A stretch of DNA of 64,000 nucleotides, from the IMG/VR virus record IMGVR_UViG_3300042991_001118, positions 1 to 64,000 of that record; one strand, given 5' to 3'. Each line of letters begins with the position of its first letter. Positions within the stretch are counted from its first letter, which is position 1. The translations under genes were made by a program, and so were the position numbers. The notes beneath the pieces were generated by a model, which was not told the DNA's origin, ran no database searches, and saw only the letters and a program-made list of their open reading frames with translations. This document shows positions 20,425 to 29,474 of this stretch, piece after piece. This DNA comes from a virus.

Positions 20425-20919
20425 ATGAAAAAAGCAGAAATGGCGGACAGACTCCGCCTCCTGGAGATAGAAAATTCCTCTCTCAGAGAGGAATTAGAAA
20501 ATCTAAAAAGTCTATCTCCATCTCCCAAAAAGTGGCTCCAGCCACAAATGTATGGGAGTAAAACCGTAAACGAAAGATACCAGGTGCTCCTGCGAAACAA
20601 GATGCAGGAGTATTTCTACGTGATTCTGTTGGATACAAAAAACAGAATAACGCAAGAAAACCTGGTGTCTATAGGAACCCTTAATATGTCCCTCGTACAT
20701 CCACGCGAAGTTTTCGCCCCAGCCATCGAGGCCCGGGCTTGTTCAGTTATTTTGGTCCACAATCATCCGTCAGGTGACCCGACACCAAGCTATGATGACA
20801 TGGCTTTGACGGAACGGCTGGTCGAAGTCGGAAAAATGGTCGGGATCGAAGTCCTAGACCATATCGTCATCGGTGAAACATACTCAATGTCCTTAAAGGA
20901 ATTGGGTGTGATAAAATGA
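20425..20919 (+). CDS. radC: RadC-like JAB domain protein
   Basis: QEYF...LDTKN...GTLN.SLVHPREVF...HNHPSGDPTPS..D...LDHIVIG; own AAGGA RBS. Confidence 0.9.
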   Translation: MKKAEMADRLRLLEIENSSLREELENLKSLSPSPKKWLQPQMYGSKTVNERYQVLLRNKMQEYFYVILLDTKNRITQENLVSIGTLNMSLVHPREVFAPAIEARACSVILVHNHPSGDPTPSYDDMALTERLVEVGKMVGIEVLDHIVIGETYSMSLKELGVIK

Positions 20920-21013
20920 AAAAAGAGCAGGGTCAGAGTGGAATACCTCTACCCTCGCTAACATATCCCGACAGGGTAGTATGCCCTGTCTTTCTTTTTT
21001 TAAAGAATGTCCT

Positions 21014-21217
21014 ATGACACCAGAAAGAGCAAAACAGCTCATTGAATGGATGAAATGGGAAAATGGAATGTGCGGATGCTTAGGCGCAAAAAAGCCGCAA
21101 TTCCCAGAGGAAACCAAGCAAGAAAAAGAATTCCTCTTAGGTGAATTAAAGAAAAAATCTGGGGAATACTGTATGGCGTATCTCCTGTACGAGATCGCCA
21201 ATAGTAAAAACCAATAA
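21014..21217 (+). CDS. Hypothetical protein
   Basis: Short ORF, probable start MTPERA. Confidence 0.5.
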   Translation: MTPERAKQLIEWMKWENGMCGCLGAKKPQFPEETKQEKEFLLGELKKKSGEYCMAYLLYEIANSKNQ

Positions 21218-21375
21218 AAACACTGCCTCAGTGTGCCAATACCACATTGAGGCAAATACCACAATGTTTAAAGGAGCCGCAGGTGTAGAGCACTTCGTGC
21301 TGCTTAGAGTGTAGACGGATGCCGTCGAAATAAGCTGTAACAGGAGTGCAACGCACAGAAAACTGCGGAAATTTT

Positions 21376-21771
21376 ATGCATCCACCAATATATCCCCATT
21401 CTTACGAAGCAATATTGTGGGAAGGCAGTGTATACTGCCTGTCCTGCATCCCACCATGTGCTAGAGAATCCGAAATTTCCCCAATATACGCAGAATCCGT
21501 GTGGGATACCCCACCAGCCTGCGAAAATTGTGGAAAAATTCACGACTACATGGAGATCACTCAGAAAGAGTGCATCTCCTGTGGCACATGGCACGAGGAA
21601 AATCCCCAAGTCAAGGTCCAATGCGGACCCTGGGGAAGAGAAGGCATATGTCCAAATTGTTTTGAGAAGGCCAAGTGGCCGTTACACACAAAGACAAAAG
21701 GAACATACGACAGAGAACAAGGAGACCGCCAGAAATGGACGGTCTTCTATGTAGGACATATCCTCGAATAA
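21376..21771 (+). CDS. Cys-rich (multiple CxxC) hypothetical protein
   Basis: Four CxxC motifs; start follows motif B. Confidence 0.7.
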   Translation: MHPPIYPHSYEAILWEGSVYCLSCIPPCARESEISPIYAESVWDTPPACENCGKIHDYMEITQKECISCGTWHEENPQVKVQCGPWGREGICPNCFEKAKWPLHTKTKGTYDREQGDRQKWTVFYVGHILE

Positions 21772-21937
21772 AACCCATGCACCGGAGCAGTGAAAAACCT
21801 GCCCGTGTGCAACACGCCACACCATTTAACGGAGCCGCATGTTGCGTTAGCACTTCGTGCTGCTTAGAGTGTAAGAGGATGCCTCTGAAATAAGCTGTCA
21901 CGGAAGTGCAACGCATAGAAAAAATGCGGAAATTTGT

Positions 21938-22162
21938 ATGTCTGAAAAAATATATAAGGGATACTTGAAGATTGGATTCCAATACTTTCTTCAAATACCT
22001 GACCCATCATCAAGATGGGGATTCCAAATATACGACGATGACCAGGCGTGGGATGGGGGGATCGGTTTGTTTAATCTGATCCCTAGAATCCCAGTGAAAG
22101 AAAGCAAAGTCCCTAAAGAGGATAGAGAAAGGTTAGGTTGGATATTGAAAGAACCAACCTAA
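21938..22162 (+). CDS. Hypothetical protein
   Basis: Start follows motif B. Confidence 0.65.
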   Translation: MSEKIYKGYLKIGFQYFLQIPDPSSRWGFQIYDDDQAWDGGIGLFNLIPRIPVKESKVPKEDRERLGWILKEPT

Positions 22163-22163
22163 C

Positions 22164-22213
22164 AAAAAAAGACCCCTAACCGGAAAGAAATTTCCGGTTA
22201 GGGGTCTTTTTTT
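22164..22213. terminator. Bidirectional intrinsic terminator
   Basis: A7 - perfect 16-bp stem gacccctaaccggaaa/tttccggttaggggtc - T7, between convergent genes. Confidence 0.9.
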
Positions 22214-22224
22214 GTTTTCCCTCC

Positions 22225-23191
22225 CTATCCTTTTTCTCTACAACAATCAAAATTTTCACGATCTGGATTGCCGGAAATCCATGCGCGATTTAAATTCTCA
22301 ATATCCGTTAAGGTGTTCAATAAAACCGCAGATAAATCCTTCGGAATTTTAAATCTCTCAGAATTCTTCGAGATCAAAAAATGCAAAGCCTCTTGAGAAT
22401 TTTCCTTCTCATCCATCCCAGAAGACACAAACCAATCAGACAACATCTCAAAAATCTGAAAACATGACATGTCCTGCACGCCATTCAAAAAATGCTCAGG
22501 GTGATGGTCATTTACTCCATAATGATGCTTCAAAGCTGGGGATAGAGCTTCTAGTGCCTTCTTATATGCATCTCCTAAATAATCCTTTTTCCCCTCTTTT
22601 AAAAGCTTCCAGGACGACACAAAAATGCTCTTCTCCTCAACGGATAATTTAGACCTGTCATGCCTGGCAGCCCTATATTTTAACTCATCAGCAATAAAAT
22701 ATCCTAAAATTCTCTTAACCTTCTCTTGATGCTTTTGTAAAGACGAAGTGAATTCAAACTCATCTCGATTAAAATTCCTACCCAATATTAGACCATCGGA
22801 CAAACTAAACACCTCGCCCGGCACAGCTTCCCACTTCGCCCTCATATTCTCTATGACAATCTCTGGAACTGAGTGGATAGACTTGTGCTCTGAAACGATT
22901 GTACAAAGCTCATACGACGCATTGCAATCCTGCGCGATCGCAATGTATTTATCGATGTACTCCTTTAAGACAAAAGTATTCGCCACGACACAATCTGCAC
23001 CAGAAGCCAGTGTCGACCTGACAACCATCTCACATAAAGCAAATCTAGCTTTAAGCTTTTCCGAATCGAATTTGTATTCGCCCTGATCTATGCAAAACAT
23101 ATCCGCCTCAACAACGAGACATCGAAACCTCTTAGCAAAATAAGTCTTCCCTGACCCAGGCAACCCCCCTAACGATAGTTAAATGCGGCAT
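22225..23191 (-). CDS. P-loop kinase (AAA_33-like) fused to an HD-like (DUF5662-type) domain; apparent +1 frameshift near the start
   Basis: GLPGSGKT, EAD, VVANTF; HDRSK...HHY..NDHHPEH...EM..DW. Confidence 0.7.
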
Positions 23192-23210
23192 AAGATACTC
23201 CTAAAATTTT

Positions 23211-23561
23211 TTACCTGTCATCTCCTGAAGAATCAATCTTGGACTTCAATTTCTTTGCCATAGACAACATCTCGTGTACCATAGAATCGTATTCTGATTC
23301 ACTTGGAGAACCATACTCGTCTTTTATTTGAACAGAATGAGCCGATTTCTCGATCTGCTTAACAAACCTTTCGTACTCTAAATCCTCCAAATTATCATGT
23401 AACCACTTCTTTATATCCAAAAGCTCCTGGAGTTTCTTCGTGGTTTTTGGTCTGTAAAATATCGAGGATATTCTCTCACCCCAACGAGAAATCGTATGCC
23501 ATATGCTCTCGTCTACGCTAGACCTAACTTCCAATATAGAATGCCAATATTTTTTGTCCAT
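23211..23561 (-). CDS. Hypothetical protein with an N-terminal V-D-E motif
   Basis: ILEVRSSVDESIW. Confidence 0.55.
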   Translation of the reverse strand: MDKKYWHSILEVRSSVDESIWHTISRWGERISSIFYRPKTTKKLQELLDIKKWLHDNLEDLEYERFVKQIEKSAHSVQIKDEYGSPSESEYDSMVHEMLSMAKKLKSKIDSSGDDR

Positions 23562-23565
23562 ATCT

Positions 23566-23769
23566 CTATCCCATGAGTTTAAAATTGTTCATTTTTTGGT
23601 ACAATATACCAGACTGCACCACGACTACGGAGGATGCGCATTCCTTTGCTAATTCCTCAGCAGCCGCATCTAAAAATTCTTCGAGAGAACCGCCCTGGAC
23701 TGGCACAATATAATTCCATCCAGACTGCGATTGTTCGTTCCAATGACCTTTTCCAATTTTAATTTTCAT
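23566..23769 (-). CDS. Hypothetical protein
   Basis: GAGG RBS, operon context. Confidence 0.55.
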   Translation of the reverse strand: MKIKIGKGHWNEQSQSGWNYIVPVQGGSLEEFLDAAAEELAKECASSVVVVQSGILYQKMNNFKLMG

Positions 23770-23798
23770 ATAAACCTCTTTTCTTTAAAGGCAAAAAA

Positions 23799-24143
23799 AT
23801 GTCAAAAAAACATACCGAAACAGGGATGTCAATATTTTACCTGACGGCACCAACAAAACTCATAAAAAAAATCAAAAAAAACGTGGATACACTTAACCAC
23901 GCAATGCATCGAAAAGAAAAAGTCCGACTCCGAATCTCGGACATCATCGTAAAGGCAATCTATTTCTACTACGACACGATACACAAACTCCGCCAGGGGA
24001 AAATATCGGAGCCAGCACCGGACTTCTTGGTGTCTAAAAAAAACCGATCCAAATTATCTGCGAAAGAACTACTCAATATCTGCACAATACAGAAACAACA
24101 AAAAGAGCATAAAAAACATGCTGAGAAGAATAATAAGAAATAA
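23799..24143 (+). CDS. Possible ribbon-helix-helix-like basic protein
   Basis: 114-aa ORF; its 3' end overlaps the opposite-strand ORF. Confidence 0.4.
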   Translation: MSKKHTETGMSIFYLTAPTKLIKKIKKNVDTLNHAMHRKEKVRLRISDIIVKAIYFYYDTIHKLRQGKISEPAPDFLVSKKNRSKLSAKELLNICTIQKQQKEHKKHAEKNNKK

Positions 24144-24749
24144 AATGTACTGAGGCCAACGCCAGGAATCTGATAAAACAGTCTTCCATATTCGCTCTCC
24201 ATTTTTGACAACCGCTTTATACGCCTTCCGCCCTCCAATAATCGTATGGTAGACCTTCTTGAATGTAGAGGAAGAGGATACAGGAATACTAGGGACTGGA
24301 GTGGCAGCCTTCTTCTGTGGAGGCAAGGTGTACAGCTTCCTAGTCTGCGTCCGCCTTCTGCCATCTGGTGAGGCGAACTTCCAGGTCGATAAAGAAGCAG
24401 ATGAGTTATTCACCTCTGGATTCGCCTCTTTGGTCTCTCTTTTGACATGTTCTGCTGGGCGTTCCAAAGGACGGAACTTTTTCTCGTCCTTTTCTGCTCT
24501 CAATTTCCTCATTTCCTCTTTTCCAGAAAGGACGAGAGGGTTTTTATGAGACGACTCCTTCTTCTCTTTCTTTTGTTCTGGAATTGCCGTGGCATTCGAC
24601 AAAATTACAGTCTCATCGCATGAAGAGACCGGAACAACCTCTGGTAAATCACCCTGGGATGCGGAAACTGGAACAACGTCAATTTTTGTTTTTTCATTAT
24701 CCAAAAATTTCTTCTTTTGCATATCAATCCCAACCTCCTGGGCAGTCAA
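24069..24749 (-). CDS. Hypothetical protein with a C-terminal TM segment
   Basis: 226-aa ORF. Confidence 0.5.
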   Translation of the reverse strand: MTAQEVGIDMQKKKFLDNEKTKIDVVPVSASQGDLPEVVPVSSCDETVILSNATAIPEQKKEKKESSHKNPLVLSGKEEMRKLRAEKDEKKFRPLERPAEHVKRETKEANPEVNNSSASLSTWKFASPDGRRRTQTRKLYTLPPQKKAATPVPSIPVSSSSTFKKVYHTIIGGRKAYKAVVKNGERIWKTVLSDSWRWPQYILFLIILLSMFFMLFLLFLYCADIE

Positions 24750-25311
24750 TCTCTAAAGAGACGTGAGTCGTTTTAGCTCCACACCCCTGACACAAAGTTG
24801 GATATGTCGGTAGACTTCTATGGTCTACCTTTTGGTATATCTGAATCCGCAATCCGACAGACTCGACCTCTTGACTGTCATGACGATATGGGTCATATCC
24901 ACCTATAGAAAATTGGCTGTACAAGTCAATTAAATACTTTGGCCTGTCGTCAAAAATCCACCAGAGGGATTTTAGAGAATCTACAATCGGTTTGCATCCG
25001 CCATGAAGGTTTGGGATGTCATAAAATCCCCGATAATCTTTCTGGAACGCCGTAAGGCGGATGACCCTTTTATGCTTCGTCTCTTCTGGTGCCCGCCCCA
25101 AAACATATGCAATTCTATCCTGCCAGGGCTTTCTGAACTTCTCATGATATGTCCGCCAATGCCTGCCCTGGAAATCATTTTGAGAAGGGGCTCGTGAAAG
25201 AATGAACCCCTCTTTCTCTATCTTCAAAAAATTCAGTGGATAAGGGGAGTCTAATTTAACTGCACATTCCCAACACAAAAACATTCTTGCCTCCCTATAC
25301 CAGATATCCAA
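24724..25311 (-). CDS. RusA-like Holliday junction resolvase
   Basis: DIPNL.GG.K..VDSL.....DD motif. Confidence 0.6.
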   Translation of the reverse strand: MDIWYREARMFLCWECAVKLDSPYPLNFLKIEKEGFILSRAPSQNDFQGRHWRTYHEKFRKPWQDRIAYVLGRAPEETKHKRVIRLTAFQKDYRGFYDIPNLHGGCKPIVDSLKSLWWIFDDRPKYLIDLYSQFSIGGYDPYRHDSQEVESVGLRIQIYQKVDHRSLPTYPTLCQGCGAKTTHVSLEIDCPGGWD

Positions 25312-25513
25312 AAAATCTTAAGACAATGAGAAGAATCCCTGAGACAATACAAATCGCTGCACACGTAGCGTAGAAAAATGATTTAAAAAATTCCTTCGTG
25401 CTTTCGCCACTGTCGTCATGCCCATATTTCGCAGCCCGACTAAATCCACTTAGAAATAAAAAGACAAAACATACCCACGCGATAAAACAAATTCCAATCA
25501 GGATTAAGAACAT
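25295..25513 (-). CDS. Small 2-TM protein
   Basis: Hydrophobicity, overlap with neighbouring genes. Confidence 0.55.
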   Translation of the reverse strand: MFLILIGICFIAWVCFVFLFLSGFSRAAKYGHDDSGESTKEFFKSFFYATCAAICIVSGILLIVLRFFGYLV

Positions 25514-26037
25514 TTTGTATCCCTGCCTTCCAACTTGATGAGACTGAAAATCTGCGTGTCCGATAGGTGTTCAGAACTAAGCCATCCAGACGACACCACA
25601 CCAGGGAATCCCAGGAGAAACTTGCAGATCCCTGACCAGTCTGCACAATGCCAAACCCTCGCATTGTGACAAACCTCATACATCACGGCACCGTCCCGAA
25701 CTTTAAAATTCGATTCCAATTCGTTCTGAGAACCGAAATTCAAATACCTGGGAAATTCGGATAAAATATCTATTGGAGACTCTACACCACCACAGGACAT
25801 GACATACTTGTACACCACGGGAAATTTCTTGGAAAAGTCCTCCAAGAAACTCATGCTAGATTTGACTTTTCTTTGCTTCCTTGACGCAGCCATTTTGAAG
25901 TCTTTCTCACGAACCGAATGCCAAAATTCGGAGGATAAAATCCCATCATGCAAAAAATTCTTTATGTCTAAAACTGGAGAATTTGAGGACTCATCTCCAT
26001 TAAAACCCACCTTTAAATAGTACATAGCCTCACCCAT
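25504..26037 (-). CDS. Hypothetical protein
   Basis: 177-aa ORF. Confidence 0.6.
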   Translation of the reverse strand: MGEAMYYLKVGFNGDESSNSPVLDIKNFLHDGILSSEFWHSVREKDFKMAASRKQRKVKSSMSFLEDFSKKFPVVYKYVMSCGGVESPIDILSEFPRYLNFGSQNELESNFKVRDGAVMYEVCHNARVWHCADWSGICKFLLGFPGVVSSGWLSSEHLSDTQIFSLIKLEGRDTKCS

Positions 26038-26053
26038 AAGAATAAAACTCCCA

Positions 26054-27307
26054 TCACTTCTTTGACAACGGAGAAATTACCAATTTGTACCAAACAAACA
26101 CCAAAACTCCCTTTAATGGGAGTGGCAAGACCGCACCAACCACGGTTCCTGCCCCCAATAAAAAAATAACAGACGCGAGGAAATACAAAGCATACCCAAC
26201 ACTATGCCCAAGAATATACGAGAAATTCACGTCCTCTGGACCATCCGATTCTGAAAGGTAAACCGAATTTGGATCCAAAAAACCCTCGTCCATCTTGGAC
26301 AGAGAAACCGCCGCTTCATGATTCAACTCGTTTTCCGATATCCCCAACTTCTTGGCACATTCCAGAATGATGCTACGCAATTCCTCTATAGATTTTTGGC
26401 TTAAATCTTGCGCTAAGGATTTAATGCTGCGCTCTTCACCAAAAATCTTGTCTTTTATCCAGGTGTACATGTCCCCTATCCAGGACTCCGAAAGAATCGA
26501 GTAGGAAAAATATTGCCCGGAAGTTTTAATTTGCAAATTCTTCCCATTGTCCAAAGGAAGAACACGGCTAGAACCATTCCGGACGACTTCCTTCTCTTTC
26601 TTCGTCACGTCGTTATAAATATCCCATATGTCAGAATCTCCATAGGAGAAATACCTGGAACACCCATATGCACTGCATACAAAATCCCTAACGACCGGGA
26701 TGCTGGGCTGTTCGTGCCAACGATTTGCAGACTCGATATCCATTAAGCTGGGAAGCACGTACCCAGAGTACTCCGTGTTCATGTCCCGACGCACGGCAGA
26801 TATGGTTCCATCCGAGTTGAGAATCCCTTGTGTAAAGATCGGAGCAATTCCATATTTAGCATACGGATGATTGTGTACCGCGATGCAATTTCGTATCAAA
26901 GGTTCGTCCTGTGCTTTATAGCTCAATTCAATTGCCTGGTTGACATAATAAGACAGTTCCGTCATCCTCGCATTGTAATGCTGATGCCCAGAATCGACAA
27001 ATAATAATCCAGCATCTGCCTGGTCATGCTCGGAAAGGAGCAAGACCAAGAGAATCTCGGAATTCCTCTGCCTGGAAAAAAATTCTTTACAGGCGTTAAA
27101 GACATGCAGGGAAGATTTCAATGGCATGGAAATCTCGATTCCGTTAGAAGGCAATGCTGATTTTTGCAGGGAGAAAACTCCACGAACCTTCGATGCGGAT
27201 ATCTCGATAATACGCCATAACGTGTCAAAATCCCCAGAGACATGAGTCCTCTCGTAAAGTTTATTATGTTTCATATGCCCAATGCTCCTGTTCCTCATCA
27301 TTATCAT
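26054..27307 (-). CDS. JAB/MPN-like domain fused to an L-x-E-delimited helical/TM module
   Basis: IAVHNHP...LPSLMD; ILSES, MDEG, YLSES. Confidence 0.55.
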   Translation of the reverse strand: MIMMRNRSIGHMKHNKLYERTHVSGDFDTLWRIIEISASKVRGVFSLQKSALPSNGIEISMPLKSSLHVFNACKEFFSRQRNSEILLVLLLSEHDQADAGLLFVDSGHQHYNARMTELSYYVNQAIELSYKAQDEPLIRNCIAVHNHPYAKYGIAPIFTQGILNSDGTISAVRRDMNTEYSGYVLPSLMDIESANRWHEQPSIPVVRDFVCSAYGCSRYFSYGDSDIWDIYNDVTKKEKEVVRNGSSRVLPLDNGKNLQIKTSGQYFSYSILSESWIGDMYTWIKDKIFGEERSIKSLAQDLSQKSIEELRSIILECAKKLGISENELNHEAAVSLSKMDEGFLDPNSVYLSESDGPEDVNFSYILGHSVGYALYFLASVIFLLGAGTVVGAVLPLPLKGVLVFVWYKLVISPLSKK

Positions 27308-27851
27308 CTAAATAAGGGTTTCGCATTCCGAGCTTCTTACGCTCCCTCTCGATTTCATCGTCTCGTTCCATCTGCTCTGCGTCCATCGCGTTGTCTATCC
27401 TGTCATAGACCCGAAACCCAAATAGGGTCCAAAGAAATAGGAGAAAAACCTTCGCGACTTCTCCCCATTCCGCCAAGAGGATATACCCACCACCAGTGAG
27501 ATATACCAGGGCCGCTAAGAGAATGTATGGGGTGAACCCTTGTGTCGCCCAGGAATACATCGAAGTCAATTTTCCTTTCGTCCACTCCCAGACCCCACCA
27601 AGAAAATCACGGACAACACCTTCCGTCATGTTCCGGGGAATTTCATCCTGAAAATCACGTTCTTTCATCTTGTACTCGGATGAAACTTTTATGAGAACCT
27701 TTTTTAATTCTCCCGGGGACATCCCCTGGTATATCTTCGCAAGATTCTTAATCTCCGTTCCATGCATCTTAATCCCAGGCAGAAGAATTTCGGATATGAA
27801 ATCGCCGACCTTCCCTTCATTCAACATCATCATGATATAATCTCCAAACAT
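27264..27851 (-). CDS. L-x-E module membrane protein, paralogous to modules of the 1745-aa protein
   Basis: MLNEG...MTEG followed by two TM segments. Confidence 0.55.
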   Translation of the reverse strand: MFGDYIMMMLNEGKVGDFISEILLPGIKMHGTEIKNLAKIYQGMSPGELKKVLIKVSSEYKMKERDFQDEIPRNMTEGVVRDFLGGVWEWTKGKLTSMYSWATQGFTPYILLAALVYLTGGGYILLAEWGEVAKVFLLFLWTLFGFRVYDRIDNAMDAEQMERDDEIERERKKLGMRNPYLDDNDEEQEHWAYET

Positions 27852-27984
27852 TTCCTGTTGACTTTTCGTATAATTTTGATACTATATACATTATACCACA
27901 ACGATTTCATATCCGAAAATCCAAAAATTCCTTTGCATTGTTCTCGAAAAGTGAACCGCAACGATGTTGAGGTCCACTTTTTTT

Positions 27985-28626
27985 TTATTCACTCCTAAAC
28001 GTGAACCAATCCAAAAAATTATACGGGACACCATGTTCGTCCTTCGGCAAGTCGTCCTCTGATGCCTTTGCTTCAAAATCTACAACATCCGCCTTCTCTA
28101 CAACAATGGGTTCGTCGCAATCGTTTATGTAAATGGGGATCCCCTCAGAAATCATTGTAACAAGAATCTGTGCTGGTAGATCGCCATAAAATCCAGACGC
28201 AATCCTCTTTAGCCCAGCTTTATACCGATCAAAAAACTCTAACGTGTTCTTTTGAGCATCCCTACGGTTCTCAACTTCTTCCTTTTCCTCAGCATCACGC
28301 TCCGCGCACGCGCACACGCAACACATGGACTGCCCATCCTCTGCATACCCAACATCTAAATGGGCTTCGCAAAAAACCTTTTCACAATTGTCACAACGCG
28401 AAATATCGCCTTCACAGGTGCAGGCATCCGCTACGAAATTTCCACATTTTACATGATACTCTTTCCTCCGAAGCGATTCCGCACACTCCTGGGAACACGC
28501 CAGAAACTTCCCAAAATCACCAAGGATTGCGTCTACCTTTACCCAATCTTTAAGCGGCTTAGAATCCCAATCAATCCCACTCGACTTTAAATTCTTCCCG
28601 CAATTATCACAAATTAACTGGAACAT
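27985..28626 (-). CDS. Cys-rich Zn-finger protein
   Basis: Multiple CxxC motifs. Confidence 0.65.
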   Translation of the reverse strand: MFQLICDNCGKNLKSSGIDWDSKPLKDWVKVDAILGDFGKFLACSQECAESLRRKEYHVKCGNFVADACTCEGDISRCDNCEKVFCEAHLDVGYAEDGQSMCCVCACAERDAEEKEEVENRRDAQKNTLEFFDRYKAGLKRIASGFYGDLPAQILVTMISEGIPIYINDCDEPIVVEKADVVDFEAKASEDDLPKDEHGVPYNFLDWFTFRSE

Positions 28627-29453
28627 TTCCTGCTCTCCTTTTCATAAATCCTAACCCAATCGATAATCACTCGTTGTTGTTTTGGATACATATTCAGTAT
28701 GACAAAAATCTGATGCTGCCCATGCTTTTTTTGCAACTCGTATGCATCCTTAAACACACCATACGTCACTAAGAGATATTGCCGTGAAGACAACTTCACA
28801 GCAAAGGCTTGTTTATTCGCGTCTTCATACTCAGGAGAATTTGTAGCATTCTCCAGGTAAATCCTCCTGAGTAATTCGTCCCGAATCTCTTCTGTAAAAT
28901 CCGATGTCGAATAAAAAATATACTCGCCTACCATGCGAACTCCAATTGCGTCAACTTCTGAACCGCTAATTCACGTGGCGGAATCTCAAGATAAACCTTA
29001 TCTGGATTCTTTTTCTCTTCACCACAAAACGACACCTTCGATATACAATTGCGTCCTGAATGCCTGGATTTCCACTCCCTACGAAGCTGTTTCGCACAGG
29101 ATGCGAACACGTTCCCATGCCAAGATTTACCACAACTACATGTGCATTTAATCTCTATGATTCTCATGGACATCCTCCACGTAAATTCCTAAACCCGTTG
29201 CGGACGTATCTATCCTTAAATTCTTGAAATTACACAACCCCTGTAACACAGCAATCAATAAATTCCTTCGCATCGGCAGTTTCAGGAGAATGTCTGGGCG
29301 AACTCCTGGACTGTCCTCCACAACAACTCCTTCACTACTACATCCAGAACGCTTTAACCCTAACTCCTGCCAAAGCGTCTTTACATCCTCATCTAACGAA
29401 TCAAATCTCATCTCTAATTGCTCTACTCTCTCATTCATATCACGCAAATCCAT
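28614..29453 (-). CDS. Three small hypothetical proteins (28614-28934, 28928-29173, 29148-29453)
   Basis: Overlapping chain of ORFs. Confidence 0.55.
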
Positions 29454-29474
29454 CTTCCTTCCCCCATTAAATCT

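Larger units (their letters stand above)
19236..21001 (+). repeat. Motif C: post-stop hairpin, 3 copies (19236-19288, 19617-19701, 20917-21001)
   Basis: tgaaaaaagagcagggtcagag...ctctaccct(c/t)gct; copies 2 and 3 add a gacaggg/ccct hairpin and a T tract. Confidence 0.85.
17817..21940 (+). repeat. Motif B: ~95-nt structured element, 5 copies (17892-17985, 19316-19410, 19707-19798, 21277-21368, 21835-21929), each directly before an ATG
   Basis: Conserved core agcac-gtgct-gcttagagtgta-N-gaaataagc with compensatory changes; copies 1 and 5 share a further ~75 nt upstream. Confidence 0.9.
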
